Assembly: GCA_048498835.1 (NCBI GenBank)
Contig: JBEHXF010000003.1
Coordinates: 516 to 64,515 of the forward strand
From: Chlamydiota bacterium
GTDB lineage: Bacteria > Chlamydiota > Chlamydiia > Chlamydiales > SM23-39
Reading direction: 5' to 3'
DNA length: 64,000 bases
Both the position numbers and the translations under genes were made by a program. This document shows, in pieces, positions 44,509-55,272 of the stretch. The notes under the pieces are model-generated. The model was not told the DNA's origin and searched no databases. It saw only the letters and a program-made list of their open reading frames with translations. The stretch's first letter is position 1; each line of letters starts with the position of its first letter.

Positions 44509-45651
44509 ATGAGTTCCCCCCTTATAATCGATATCGCTCACCCCCTGCCCACCTGGCATTTGGGGGCGAGCCAAACGGTTCGTCACAATAAGATCATTCA
44601 TTCCATCACCGCTTTTTTCCAGGATCTCATCTACAAATCCGATCCAAGAGAATCCTTTCAATCCTTCTACGATTCTCTGCAGCCTCGTTTTCAGATCATT
44701 CACAACAACCTAGCTCAGGGACAAGGGGATTTTGAAGAGATCAAGCGGCTGCTTAAAATCGTCGCTAACATTGAAACGAGCGCCTGGGGTTACGACCTGG
44801 GTTATAAAATTGGCAAAGCCGATCAATCGAGCGCCGATCCCCTCTTCCTGAAATTCCGCGGGCAAGTCAATGCGATCCAAGCTTTGGCCCAAAGACATCT
44901 TCAGCGTTTAGATCGATCCCATCCTGAAACTCATCAACTCGCTCGTTGGATTGAATCCAACGAAGAACAACAGCGCTACGCCGTCTACATCGGACACCAA
45001 GATGTCCCCTACCTCTACTCCGAAATTCCCGCCGGTTCGATCTTACTCGACAACCCCTCTTCTACTCTCTACAGCCATGTGGTCCGAGGCAACTACTATT
45101 CCTATCTCTATACCATCATCAAACTTGTGAAACGCATCCTTGCTTGGTTGTTCACTGGTATGACTTATACTCATGCAGAACTCGCTCTAAGCAATGGCCA
45201 GGTCTTCGACCTACTCAAAGATCGAGATCACTTTCTCGCAGGAAAAGGGCTCATCAAAGATATGGGCAGCCGAGTGTGCTATCGCGATGTTTTAACTCCC
45301 AATCAAGCGAAAATCCTCGCCGCCTACAATGAGAAAAATCCCCCGGTCGCAACCTATCAAGAAGCCTTTTCCATCCTAGAAAATGAAGTGAAATCAAACA
45401 TCGATAAAATCACAGCGTCGCCATGGGATATCGCCAAAACCTGCCTCCCCTTCCGCCGCCACAAAGATTACGACCTCGCCTCTGAATGGAATCCAGGCGT
45501 TGTCCGCCTCGGCTGCTCTCCATACGTTTCGGCTCTCTTCGGCCGCTTTGGTATCGACGTTGGCGCCAAACACAATAAGCTTCATCAATCGATCACTCCC
45601 GCCAATCTCGCTCAATCCGATTTTCACGAACCTTTATACGTGACAACCTAA
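44509..45651 (+). CDS. Hypothetical protein (possible permuted papain-like/YiiX-type C-terminal region)
   Basis: ATG lies 1 nt after the aspS-type stop. TYTHAELAL..GQVFD, then later RLGCSPYVSALF (His-then-Cys order). Confidence 0.55.
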   Translation: MSSPLIIDIAHPLPTWHLGASQTVRHNKIIHSITAFFQDLIYKSDPRESFQSFYDSLQPRFQIIHNNLAQGQGDFEEIKRLLKIVANIETSAWGYDLGYKIGKADQSSADPLFLKFRGQVNAIQALAQRHLQRLDRSHPETHQLARWIESNEEQQRYAVYIGHQDVPYLYSEIPAGSILLDNPSSTLYSHVVRGNYYSYLYTIIKLVKRILAWLFTGMTYTHAELALSNGQVFDLLKDRDHFLAGKGLIKDMGSRVCYRDVLTPNQAKILAAYNEKNPPVATYQEAFSILENEVKSNIDKITASPWDIAKTCLPFRRHKDYDLASEWNPGVVRLGCSPYVSALFGRFGIDVGAKHNKLHQSITPANLAQSDFHEPLYVTT

Positions 45652-46191
45652 AAAAGAATAACGTTTTCCCCAGCAGCCCATCCTACCCGAGGTACTATCT
45701 TTTCCTGTTGCTGAGTAAAGTCGAAAAGAGACAGCTACCGCAGTAGGAAGTTCTGAATCGGAGTCCTTAAAAAATTCCCCTAAAGATTCAAAGCCTTTTT
45801 TTATGGCTGCAGTTACTCTTTCGTTGAATCCCTTTCCATTTTCATTTGTTACACTTTCTTCGTAATCAGGCTTCATAAGCACTGTCGCACTCATATCGAT
45901 TCCAGAACGAAACTCTTCGGCTGTATAGTCGGTTCTTGCAATTAACCAAATTTTCACCTCAAACCGATAGGTCAAATCGCTTAATCTTGGCTCTAACGCC
46001 TTTTCGTACATATCCGCACATTCTAAATAATCGACTGTAAGCTTCTTTAAATTATCCACATATCTCTTGTAGATTTCATCGATTCCCTCTACAGAAGCTT
46101 TTTCCTCCTCTTGTTTGCTCTTTGCATACGCTTCCGCTACAAGAGAAAATCTTTGCTTATTGAGATCGATCATTGATATTGCGCTGGCCAT
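45634..46191 (-). CDS. Divergent fifth member of the ~157-aa paralogue array
   Basis: Start set at MASAISMIDL. LTYRFEVKIWLIARTDYTAEEF and LPTAVAVSFRLYSATG...GRMGCWGK align with the conserved blocks of the four upstream paralogues. Confidence 0.55.
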   Translation of the reverse strand: MASAISMIDLNKQRFSLVAEAYAKSKQEEEKASVEGIDEIYKRYVDNLKKLTVDYLECADMYEKALEPRLSDLTYRFEVKIWLIARTDYTAEEFRSGIDMSATVLMKPDYEESVTNENGKGFNERVTAAIKKGFESLGEFFKDSDSELPTAVAVSFRLYSATGKDSTSGRMGCWGKRYSFLGCHV

Positions 46192-46295
46192 ATGTCCTCG
46201 TATGCTAAAATTTATTTTAGCAATTGAAGATAGGGAATTGTAAAATATTGGTAAAGAAAAAGTGACAGGGAAAACCCCCGCCTTAGCGATAAACA

Positions 46296-46766
46296 TTAAA
46301 CCTGGCCTTGAAGTCTCCAAGCTCCAGCATAAAACGTTCCATAGGAAAGAGGACCTGCCTGCAAATCAATCACAAAGCGAGTCGGCAATAGTTCCTCCTG
46401 AAGACGGGCTCGAAGTAACTCGTCAGCCAGTTCTTTTATTAGAGATATTTGTTTACTTGGAGCTTGCGGGCGTACAGTAAAAGTTTCCAAAGCTTGTTGT
46501 TGCATGATCGCATGAACATCAATCCCATTTGTAATTTCTTCATCAGAAACTTGGCTCTCATGACTAACCCAAATCTTTGCCGTAAGCGATTGGGTAGGAT
46601 CACTCGTTTCAGGATTCAAATTTCGAATAGCAAGATCAAAAATTTTTCCTATATCTGACAGAACTTCTTCCTTTAAGCCTCCATTCCGATAAACCCTCAA
46701 ATTTACTCTAGCGTTGTTGATTATCCGCTGCCGTACTGGGTCAGCTCCTTCCAAAGCCCTTACCAT
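46296..46766 (-). CDS. Paralogue-array protein (unknown family)
   Basis: MVRALEG..YRNGGLKEEVL..SLTAKIWVSHE..LPTRFVIDLQAGPLSYGTFYAGAWR. Confidence 0.7.
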   Translation of the reverse strand: MVRALEGADPVRQRIINNARVNLRVYRNGGLKEEVLSDIGKIFDLAIRNLNPETSDPTQSLTAKIWVSHESQVSDEEITNGIDVHAIMQQQALETFTVRPQAPSKQISLIKELADELLRARLQEELLPTRFVIDLQAGPLSYGTFYAGAWRLQGQV

Positions 46767-46829
46767 AAAAACCTCAAGTTAGTGCTAAAAGTATCAGGAG
46801 AAAACCAATTAATTACAAGCGATGGAAGA

Positions 46830-47303
46830 TTAGATCTCGCCCCACTTACCCCAGGCGCTAGTGTAGTATCTGCCGTAGGAAAGAAGACCTGCTTTTAATT
46901 CGACTACAACGCGAATAGGTAAAGGTTGAAGTTGAAGGAGCGTTCGAAGTGCTGTTACAGTACGAGGCATTACATGCCTAATTTGCATTTCGCAGTTTTG
47001 AGGATCTACCGCAAACGTTTCTAAAGGACGCCCTTCTATTATTGAGCGAGGGTCAACTCTGTTTAAGATTTCATACTCCGTAACATCTTTTTCGTAATCT
47101 ACCCACACCGTGGCTGTCAGCGATAAATTCGGATTATGAGCTATGTAGTCCAATTCACTGATGGCATGTTCAAAAATTCCCTCCACAGAAGCTAAAAATT
47201 CTCGCTTTAACCCCCCATTCAAATAAGTGGCTAAATCGGATCTTGCCTCACGGACAAAACTCGCTTCTCGCTTCACATAGTCCGGGTCCACGGCCTTTAC
47301 CAT
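46830..47303 (-). CDS. Paralogue-array protein (unknown family)
   Basis: MVKAVDP..YLNGGLKREFL..NPNLSLTATVWVDYE..LPIRVVVELKAGLLSYGRYYTSAWGKWG. Confidence 0.7.
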   Translation of the reverse strand: MVKAVDPDYVKREASFVREARSDLATYLNGGLKREFLASVEGIFEHAISELDYIAHNPNLSLTATVWVDYEKDVTEYEILNRVDPRSIIEGRPLETFAVDPQNCEMQIRHVMPRTVTALRTLLQLQPLPIRVVVELKAGLLSYGRYYTSAWGKWGEI

Positions 47304-47366
47304 AAAAACCTCAAGTTAGGGCTAAAAGTATCAGGAAAACTCCGATTCATTACAAGCAATGGAAGA

Positions 47367-47840
47367 TCAGAGAGCGCCATACTTACCCCAGGCGCCAGCG
47401 TAGTATGTGCCATAAGATAGATTGTCTGCTTTTAATTCTACTATAACGCGAATTGGCAGACAGTTAGCTTTAAAAAGCTGTTCAAGTGCTCTTACAGCTA
47501 GAAGCTTTACATTCTTAATTTGCCCTACATAGTCTTGGGGACCTACCGTAAACGTTTTTAAAGGAGGTCTTTCTATTATGGAGCGCGGGTCGACTTTGTG
47601 TAAAATTTCATCTTCCGTAACATCTGTATCACAATCTACCCACATTGTGGCTGTCAGCGATAAATTCGGATTGTGCTGCCTGCAGAACAATTCAGCAAGG
47701 GCACAATCAAATATTTTTTCCACAGTGGCCAAAAATTCTGGTTCAAAGCCACCGCTCAAATAACTAACTACATTTAGTCTTGAGAGATTGAGAATGCTCT
47801 CTTCCGGAAGCTTATAGCCCAGGTTTACAGCCTTAACCAT
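47367..47840 (-). CDS. Paralogue-array protein (unknown family)
   Basis: MVKAVNL..YLSGGFEPEFL..NPNLSLTATMWVDCD..LPIRVIVELKADNLSYGTYYAGAWGKYG. Confidence 0.7.
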   Translation of the reverse strand: MVKAVNLGYKLPEESILNLSRLNVVSYLSGGFEPEFLATVEKIFDCALAELFCRQHNPNLSLTATMWVDCDTDVTEDEILHKVDPRSIIERPPLKTFTVGPQDYVGQIKNVKLLAVRALEQLFKANCLPIRVIVELKADNLSYGTYYAGAWGKYGAL

Positions 47841-47909
47841 AAAAACCTCAAGTTAGGGCTAAAAGCAGCAGGAAAACTCCGATGAATTAGAAGGAATAGG
47901 AGATCAGAT

Positions 47910-48401
47910 TCAGCCAAACGTTCCCCAAGCGCCAGCATAATAAGTTCCGTAAGATAGCTCATCTGCTTTAAACTCAACCAGGAAACGGACCGGCAATGGC
48001 TTTTCATGTAGGAGGGGGGTAACCAATTCTAAAATAGCGTTTTTCGTCATTTTTATCTGGTCTGCAGGACGTGTAGGCATTACTGTAATCGTACTTATGG
48101 GACAATCTCTCATCATCTTTTCAGCGTCAATTTGCTCTAAGATTTCCTCATCTGTGACTTCAGGTTCATAGCTCACCCAAACTTTTGCTGTCAGTGGCAA
48201 ACTAGGATTTGTTTGCTTAAACTGTAAATAATTGATAGCTCGATTAAATATTTGCGACACTAGGTCAAGCGTCTCTGCCTTAAAGCCTCCAGTTAAGTAA
48301 CTATTTAATCTTTTCCTGTGATGTTGAACCACACCCTGAGCTAGGGGATGTATCCCGGTCGATTGCATAGACATTCTCATAACATCCTTGGTTAAAGCCA
48401 A
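47910..48401 (-). CDS. Paralogue-array protein (unknown family)
   Basis: ..YLTGGFKAETL..NPSLPLTAKVWVSYE..LPVRFLVEFKADELSYGTYYAGAWGTFG. Confidence 0.7.
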   Translation of the reverse strand: MALTKDVMRMSMQSTGIHPLAQGVVQHHRKRLNSYLTGGFKAETLDLVSQIFNRAINYLQFKQTNPSLPLTAKVWVSYEPEVTDEEILEQIDAEKMMRDCPISTITVMPTRPADQIKMTKNAILELVTPLLHEKPLPVRFLVEFKADELSYGTYYAGAWGTFG

Positions 48402-48462
48402 AAAGTATCTATTGAAAGCAAAAAAAACGCAAGGGCAGGAAGAATTTCTGCCCTTAGAAGAT

Positions 48463-48846
48463 TTAAGATTTGATTTCGATTTTCATGGGACGGGCGGAGC
48501 GACTTTTTGGAAATTTCACTCGCAAAATCCCATCTTTGCAACTTGCTTCAGGCGAAGCTTGCTCATCGACGCGCGTTGGAATGCCAATGCGGTAAGCGTA
48601 GCGACGAGATGATTTGAGGTGATACTTCACATCGCTTTTCTCTTCATCCTCTTCCGCTTTTATGAGAAGAGATCCCTTTTCATAGGTGAGGTGGATCTTT
48701 TCTTTCTGAATGCCAGGAACTGGCACTTCCACAAAGACCGCTTCATCCGTTTCGCCGATTGAAACGCCTTCATTTTGATTGCAATCTTGGATGCAGCTTA
48801 AGCGATTGAAGAGTTCGTCTAGTTGGGTTGGTAGATACTTTTGCAT
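48463..48846 (-). CDS. Hsp20/alpha-crystallin family small heat-shock protein
   Basis: VEVPVPGIQKEKIHLTYEKGSLLIKAE.....RRYAYRIGIPTRVD...EASCKDGILRVKFPK. Confidence 0.8.
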   Translation of the reverse strand: MQKYLPTQLDELFNRLSCIQDCNQNEGVSIGETDEAVFVEVPVPGIQKEKIHLTYEKGSLLIKAEEDEEKSDVKYHLKSSRRYAYRIGIPTRVDEQASPEASCKDGILRVKFPKSRSARPMKIEIKS

Positions 48847-48932
48847 ACTTCCTCCAGTTGGTTACAACTGATTCAGATTGTATGCAAAAGTCGGATTTAT
48901 GTCTAGCACTCGACAGCGTCGAGTGCTAATTT

Positions 48933-51677
48933 CTAGGTTCCGAGACCAGGTTCTGGATTTTGCATCGGAGGTCGAATGTCCGTTGGCGAAATCTGAGGCG
49001 CTGGCGGAGGAGTCTTGCGCTGGAGCTCATCAGCCACTTTTACGCGACCTCTTTTCGCTTCCGTATCCCAAGTTCCCGCCATGATTTCTTTGATGTCAGT
49101 AGAATCGAGGGTTTCAAATTCCATCAACATATCAGCCATCAGTTGCACCTTATCTCGATTCTGCTCGAGAATCTCAATGGCGCGCTTGTGAGCTTCGTTG
49201 ATGAGCTTTTTGACTTGGGCATCGATTTCTTGAGCGGTTTTATCCGAGTAGTTCTTCTCGTGATAGTTTGACATGCCGAGATACTGACCCGATTCCGTGC
49301 GCTCATCGTAAGTCACCGTGCCGAGTTCATCGCTCATACCCCATTCGCAGACCATGCTGCGGGCGATTTTTGTCGCTTGTGAAATATCGTGCTGAGCTCC
49401 GGAAGAGAGATCTTCAACAAAGATTTCTTCAGCAGCTCGACCACCCATCAAGACAACGAGTTTATCGAGCACTTCTTTGCGCCAGTAGCTGAGGCGGTTT
49501 TTCGTCGGCATAAAGTGGGTCGCGCCGAGCGAGAATCCGCGTGGAATAATGGTCACCTTATCAACTGGATCGCTGTATTTCACGATGAGGCCAGCAATCG
49601 CATGACCCGACTCGTGATAAGCGGTGGTCTTTTTCTCATTCTCATCCATCTCAAGGCTACGTCGCTCTTTTCCATAGCGAACTTTATCAGCAGCTTCTTT
49701 CACTTCAATCGAAGTGACAGCCGAGCGGCCGTTTCGGGCAGCGAGAAGGGCCGCTTCATTGAGGATGTTTTCAAGGTCAGCACCCGACGCGCCTGGCGTT
49801 ACACGTGCGATGTCATTGAGATCAACCGATGCGTCGATTTTAATGCGTCGCGCATGAACCTTTAAGATTTCGAGTCGACCTTTAATATCAGGCAGATCAA
49901 GGGTGACGCGGCGATCGAATCGACCGGGTCTTAAGAGCGCACGGTCGAGAATGTCAGGGCGGTTCGTCGCGGCCATTAAAATGACCCCTTCTTTCGTATC
50001 GAAACCATCCATTTCGACGAGCAACTGGTTCAACGTCTGTTCCCGCTCATCATGTCCGCCGCCGATGCCAGCGCCACGATGGCGACCGACCGCATCGATC
50101 TCGTCCATGAAAATGATGCAAGGAGCGTTTTTCTTAGCAGTATCGAACATATCGCGAATACGACTTGCTCCCACACCGACAAACATCTCGACGAAATCAG
50201 AGCCAGAGATACTGAAGAAAGGACGATCCGCCTCCCCCGCTACCGCTTTCGCAATCAGAGTTTTACCGGTACCTGGCGGCCCTACGAGGAGCACCCCTTT
50301 TGGAATGCGAGCGCCGAGCGCTGTGAATTTTTGCGGATCTTTTAAAAAGTCGACGATTTCTTCCAATTCTTCTTTCGCCTCTTCCGCACCAGCCACATCT
50401 TTAAAGGTGAAGCGGTTTTGCTCTTTTGTCATGAGCTTAGCGGGCGATTTGCCGAAGTTCATGGCCGAGGAGCCAACTCCTTTCATTTGTCGCGAAAAGA
50501 TAAAGTAGAGAAACAAAATCACCATCAAGACTGGCAAGACAGTGAGGAGATAACTAAAGTAGTTCGGAGAGGGCTCTTGGCTTTTAAAGGTCCGCTCCAA
50601 TACGGCGTTGCGCGGCTGATCTGGAGCGCGGTAGACAAGGCCTTTATTGGCTTCAAAGCTGCCCCATTCTTGTTTCGCTTGGGCAAACCAATAGCCATAG
50701 ACTTCTGGGTCTTGCTTTTCGAGCGCGCGAGTTGATAGCTCTTGGTTATTGAAGAACCAGATGACGTTGGCCACTTTTTGGCGCGATTTATCCAAAAGAG
50801 CGTCGTTCTTTTCTAGCTCGACGGTCACTTGACTGTATTGCTGCAACTGCTCAACATAACTTCTAACGCTGCGAAGCTGAGCGAGACGAACACCATCTTG
50901 CTCACGGCCCAAATCGCCGATCAGGGTCGCCACCTGATTCAGACTATTGCGGTAAGTATTGAGTTGCTGGTCGACAGATAGGTCTGCTGCTTGTTGCAAT
51001 TGACTATCTAATGTTTTCAACTCTTGCTTAATCGATTCCGTACCGATTCCAAGAGCAGGCGAGCGGAGAAGCGCAACGAGATTTCTAACTTCATTGCCAG
51101 CTTCTTCAACAGCTTCAACGGAGCGAGAAGATTGAGCCATGCTCACAGCGCGCTGAACCGCAGGCAGACTGATCACTTCGCGATCGGACAGAGAGCGGAT
51201 CACAACCGAGCTTTCTCGATCGGGGGTATCATAGAGCGTCCCAACAACAGTATACCCATTGCGCGGCAGAGTTTGTCCGCTCAAATGCAAATAGAGATCA
51301 GATGAATCTTGCACGTTCTTTTGGAGCGTCGCTAAATCGACATTCATACGCGCTTGATCAGCGACCAAGACGTGGTGTTGATTGAGCAGCTCGAGATAGC
51401 GGTAGCGGTCGCTGCTCTCTTCAGTGATCCGATCGCGGAATTTTCCGCTAAATGTGACGAGATTCTCGTTTTGAGCGATCTTACGATTCTCTTCTGGAAC
51501 GATCAGATTGAGATTGGTCAAATGCTCAGCTTGGTGAGAAAAAGAGACCTTTCCTGCCTGTTCTGACGTGAAGGTCTGGATGCCCAGAATAATCAGGATA
51601 GCGCCCACGAGGAAGAGGAGAAATCCTCCGGGAAACCCTTTTTTTGGTTCCTGCTTTGGTCTCTTGTCATTTAGCAT
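48933..51677 (-). CDS. ftsH: ATP-dependent zinc metalloprotease FtsH (long N-terminal domain)
   Basis: [32 protein letters not shown]. 914 aa. Confidence 0.95.
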   Translation of the reverse strand: MLNDKRPKQEPKKGFPGGFLLFLVGAILIILGIQTFTSEQAGKVSFSHQAEHLTNLNLIVPEENRKIAQNENLVTFSGKFRDRITEESSDRYRYLELLNQHHVLVADQARMNVDLATLQKNVQDSSDLYLHLSGQTLPRNGYTVVGTLYDTPDRESSVVIRSLSDREVISLPAVQRAVSMAQSSRSVEAVEEAGNEVRNLVALLRSPALGIGTESIKQELKTLDSQLQQAADLSVDQQLNTYRNSLNQVATLIGDLGREQDGVRLAQLRSVRSYVEQLQQYSQVTVELEKNDALLDKSRQKVANVIWFFNNQELSTRALEKQDPEVYGYWFAQAKQEWGSFEANKGLVYRAPDQPRNAVLERTFKSQEPSPNYFSYLLTVLPVLMVILFLYFIFSRQMKGVGSSAMNFGKSPAKLMTKEQNRFTFKDVAGAEEAKEELEEIVDFLKDPQKFTALGARIPKGVLLVGPPGTGKTLIAKAVAGEADRPFFSISGSDFVEMFVGVGASRIRDMFDTAKKNAPCIIFMDEIDAVGRHRGAGIGGGHDEREQTLNQLLVEMDGFDTKEGVILMAATNRPDILDRALLRPGRFDRRVTLDLPDIKGRLEILKVHARRIKIDASVDLNDIARVTPGASGADLENILNEAALLAARNGRSAVTSIEVKEAADKVRYGKERRSLEMDENEKKTTAYHESGHAIAGLIVKYSDPVDKVTIIPRGFSLGATHFMPTKNRLSYWRKEVLDKLVVLMGGRAAEEIFVEDLSSGAQHDISQATKIARSMVCEWGMSDELGTVTYDERTESGQYLGMSNYHEKNYSDKTAQEIDAQVKKLINEAHKRAIEILEQNRDKVQLMADMLMEFETLDSTDIKEIMAGTWDTEAKRGRVKVADELQRKTPPPAPQISPTDIRPPMQNPEPGLGT

Positions 51678-51806
51678 AAGATTCTTGTTTTGTTTAAGTT
51701 ATAAATTATATGTAACGGGTTCATTAAACCACTGATTCCCGTTTAAGTAAAGGAGAAGGCTCCCGCTCTGAGCGACCCCCAAAAGGGTCCTCATAACAAA
51801 AATGGA

Positions 51807-53069
51807 TTAAATTGTCCTAGAACAAGCGTAAGATACAGATTTTAAACATCTTGCATTTGCATAAAATCGAACCTTCCAGCGACAAGCTTCAAAATTGTAT
51901 CGCTTGCCACTCAAAAATTCAATACGCTTAGTGCCAGTATTTAAAACAGGAACTTGACCTCTTATAAACGCTGGGACTTTTGCTTCATTCCAATCGTGCC
52001 GAAGCGAATCAAATGTACCGGGCATTTCTAAAACTCCGTCGGGAAGGCCCATCTCAAATCGGCCACTCCATACCTGCTTCCAATCTGAACTCCCCGCTTT
52101 TCCCTCTTCAATTTCTACAGTCCAATCTCCCGACTGAAAGCGCCCCGCTCTTAATTCAATCGCTTGCTCAAAGTGGGGAGGATCTTTTAAAACAAAAACC
52201 ATCCCTCGGTCAATGTACAGCCCGTTGCATTGCATGTTGGCTTTTTTCTCACCCAAAACATCGAGTGCCATCTCCAATTCTTCCCGCGAAAATGAACCTA
52301 TTTTTTGAAGAAAATGGCGCGCTTCGATTCGCTCTAAGCCTGTTAGATCATAATAAACGCCCCACGGCCCTTCTTCTCGATTTACCATCGCCACTTTCCG
52401 ATCGAGATATTCCCCTAATTCCCCTGCTCGCTCAGCCAAGAGCCTGAGATTTCCCCCAATTTCTTTCCCAAACTGACGCGCAAGATCTGGCAAAATTTGT
52501 TCCCTGAGTCTCCCTCTTAAAAATTTCTGATCGCGATTGGTCGGATCTAAAATCGGCTGCAAATCCAGCTCTAAAATTTCTTTTTTGGTTGTCCCGAGCA
52601 AGGGGCGCCACACTCTCATTCCAGCCAGTTCAGATTCTCCTGACATCGCGCTGAAAGAAACCAAATGAGCCCCTTCTAACACCCGCTTCAAAACAGTTTC
52701 TGCTTGGTCATCTGCTTGGTGTCCGAGAAGAAGAGCTTGGAAAGGAAATTGTTCGAAGAGCGATTTAAAAAATTTAAGCCGCTCATTTCGAGACCACTCT
52801 TCGAGATTTCCAATGGGTGATCCCTCTAATTTTTTGAGGTGAAAGGGCAAGCCGAGTCTCCCAGCTTCTTCTTCGAGCTGCGCAGCTTCTTCTGCACTCT
52901 CTGATCGCCAACCATGGTCGACATGGGCCAAATGGGGCGAAATACCAGCTTGTCTCAGAGCATAGAGGAGAGCTTTCGAGTCGGGGCCACCCGAATAGCC
53001 GAGGAGCAAAGGGGATTTTCGATCCCACTTCTCGTCGATAAATTTCTTTGTCCTTTTGAGTAGATCCAC
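51807..53069 (-). CDS. tilS: tRNA(Ile)-lysidine synthase
   Basis: LLLGYSGGPDSKALL PP-loop, GHQADDQAETVL. Confidence 0.9.
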   Translation of the reverse strand: MDLLKRTKKFIDEKWDRKSPLLLGYSGGPDSKALLYALRQAGISPHLAHVDHGWRSESAEEAAQLEEEAGRLGLPFHLKKLEGSPIGNLEEWSRNERLKFFKSLFEQFPFQALLLGHQADDQAETVLKRVLEGAHLVSFSAMSGESELAGMRVWRPLLGTTKKEILELDLQPILDPTNRDQKFLRGRLREQILPDLARQFGKEIGGNLRLLAERAGELGEYLDRKVAMVNREEGPWGVYYDLTGLERIEARHFLQKIGSFSREELEMALDVLGEKKANMQCNGLYIDRGMVFVLKDPPHFEQAIELRAGRFQSGDWTVEIEEGKAGSSDWKQVWSGRFEMGLPDGVLEMPGTFDSLRHDWNEAKVPAFIRGQVPVLNTGTKRIEFLSGKRYNFEACRWKVRFYANARCLKSVSYACSRTI

Positions 53070-53084
53070 TACACTTAGCCTTTT

Positions 53085-54176
53085 ATGAAAATCCCAATTG
53101 TCTGGCGCTACGCCATTTTGAGTTATCTGAAAATTTTTTTTCTCTCTGTGGGGACGTTTGTCGCCGTTTTGCTCGTATCTCGCTTTAAAGATATGGCCCG
53201 CTTTGCAGCTCTCAGTTCAGATTGGCTCAAAACCGGACTCTTTACAGTTTACCAGATTCCCTTCATTTTGCCGATGGCGATTCCCCTCTCCGCTCTGATC
53301 GCCTCTCTTCTCCTCTTTCAACGCCTTAGCCGCTCTTATGAGCTCACTGCACTTCGCGCCTCTGGTTTGGGCCTAAAAAATATCATCTCTCCTCTCTGCT
53401 TTATCTCCGCTTTTTTATCCCTCATCAATCTCGTGATCTGCTCTGAGCTCGCCCCGTTTTGTAGGCGCGAATCAAAGACTCTTCTCTACCGAGAAACATC
53501 AGCTAACCCTCTCCTACTCTTACAGCGGCAACAGCTCATTAAAATCAAAGACGCCTATCTCAACATGAACGTCGAAGAAGAGGGAAAGCTCGCCCGCGAT
53601 TTCATCCTCATCACGCATAACGAAAGCAACCAACGGCTCAGCCTCCTCACAGCCCGCAAGCTCCGCGTAGAAGATGAAGAGCTACGCGGCAAAGATGTCG
53701 CTATTCTTTCCCACCTCTACTCCAATCGCACCGACGCTTTTGATCCGCTCATCATCGAAAATCAAGCGACCCTTTCTACTGCAGCCCCGGTTCTCTCTGC
53801 GGCTTTGAAGAAAAACCGCCCGAAAATTGAGAACAACATTCTCGGTCTTCGGATGCTCCGCCTCCGCCTTCTCGCAAAAGGGCGAGTTGTTCGAGCTGCT
53901 CGTGTTGAAATTCTCCGCCGCATTTCCCTTACGTTAGCGACCTTTAGTTTCACGCTCCTCGGCTGCACATTTGGCATTGAACTCGGCCGCAATCCATCTC
54001 GCCGCAGTCTCCTCTATGCAGCTCTTCTCACCCTCGCCGTTTTGATGAGCTATCTCATGGGCAAAGAACTCAAATTTGAGCCTTTGTTTGCGACGATTGC
54101 CTTTCTCGTCCCCCACGCACTGATCTGGATCTCGTGCCTTCATCGACAAAGCCGAATTGAACGAGGGTTGGCATGA
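53085..54176 (+). CDS. LptF/LptG (YjgP/YjgQ) family permease
   Basis: About six TM segments with a large periplasmic loop. The N-terminus WRYAILSYLKIFF is typical of the family. Confidence 0.8.
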   Translation: MKIPIVWRYAILSYLKIFFLSVGTFVAVLLVSRFKDMARFAALSSDWLKTGLFTVYQIPFILPMAIPLSALIASLLLFQRLSRSYELTALRASGLGLKNIISPLCFISAFLSLINLVICSELAPFCRRESKTLLYRETSANPLLLLQRQQLIKIKDAYLNMNVEEEGKLARDFILITHNESNQRLSLLTARKLRVEDEELRGKDVAILSHLYSNRTDAFDPLIIENQATLSTAAPVLSAALKKNRPKIENNILGLRMLRLRLLAKGRVVRAARVEILRRISLTLATFSFTLLGCTFGIELGRNPSRRSLLYAALLTLAVLMSYLMGKELKFEPLFATIAFLVPHALIWISCLHRQSRIERGLA

Positions 54177-55216
54177 AGATTTGGCACCGCTATTTTCTCA
54201 AACAATTCGCCTCTACCTTTTTCTTTCTTCTCTTTTGCATTTTCACTGTTTACGTTCTCGTCGATCTATCGATTCACGGCGTCCGTTTTATCTATAAAAG
54301 TTCCGTCGAAGCGCTCGACCTCTTTCTCTATTATCTCCACCACTTTGCAATGCACCTCGAGCTTTTCCTCCCTCTCACTTTTCTCCTCTCGACGCTCAAG
54401 GTTCTCTTCGACCTCAACAGCCATCTAGAGCTTGTGGCGCTCCAAATGGCCGGTCTATCGCGCAAAAAACTCCTTCTCCCCTTTTTTGCTTTCGCCTCCT
54501 TCCTCTCCCTCGTCTGCTATGTCAATAGCCAATGGTTAGCTCCTTCAGCTACCTTTGCCGCAAAGACATTTGACAGCTCTTACGGAAAGAAAAAAAAGAG
54601 AGGCAAGGGTCAGCACGTTCAGGCGATAGCCCTCTCCGACGATTCGGAACTCGTCTATCAACTCTACGACGAAAAAAAACAAGAGCTTTTCGATGTCTTT
54701 TGGGTTCGCTCTAACTCCGATATTTGGCACATGAAAACGCTTCAAATCAATCCACCTATCGGTTACTTCGTCGACCATTTTCAGCGTAAAAAACTCCTTG
54801 AAAAAACAGAAAGTTTTGACCAAAAAACATTTGACGACTTGCCGCTCACTGTTGAAACAGCGCCCAAGCCCTTCGTCCCTTTTGAAAGTCGCTCGCTCAC
54901 CACGCTTTTGCGCGAGGCGATCTATGACTCTTCGGAAAGAGCGATGGTGCGCACTCATCTGCACTACAAAATCGCCCTCCCACTCCTACCCTTGCTTCTT
55001 CTTTTCACCATTGCCCCTTCCACTCTTCTCTTTTCACGAAATCGCCCGACTTTTCTCATCGTCGCTACAAGTCTTTTCGGCTTTATTTCGCTCATGATCA
55101 TCTACGATAGTCTTCTCATTCTCGGAGAAAACCAAGTTCTCGCCCCTTGGCTGGCCATGTGGCTCCCGTTTGCATTGATCCTTGCCTTTTCCTTAAGAAA
55201 ATTCGCCCGGCTCTAG
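54173..55216 (+). CDS. LptF/LptG (YjgP/YjgQ) family permease
   Basis: N-terminus WHRYFLKQFASTFFF. Same topology as the upstream gene, with a 4-nt overlap. Confidence 0.8.
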   Translation: MKIWHRYFLKQFASTFFFLLFCIFTVYVLVDLSIHGVRFIYKSSVEALDLFLYYLHHFAMHLELFLPLTFLLSTLKVLFDLNSHLELVALQMAGLSRKKLLLPFFAFASFLSLVCYVNSQWLAPSATFAAKTFDSSYGKKKKRGKGQHVQAIALSDDSELVYQLYDEKKQELFDVFWVRSNSDIWHMKTLQINPPIGYFVDHFQRKKLLEKTESFDQKTFDDLPLTVETAPKPFVPFESRSLTTLLREAIYDSSERAMVRTHLHYKIALPLLPLLLLFTIAPSTLLFSRNRPTFLIVATSLFGFISLMIIYDSLLILGENQVLAPWLAMWLPFALILAFSLRKFARL

Positions 55217-55272
55217 CAAAAAATCAAGTCTGAGATTATAAATTCTTCCCCATCCTTTTAACAGGAAGTCAG

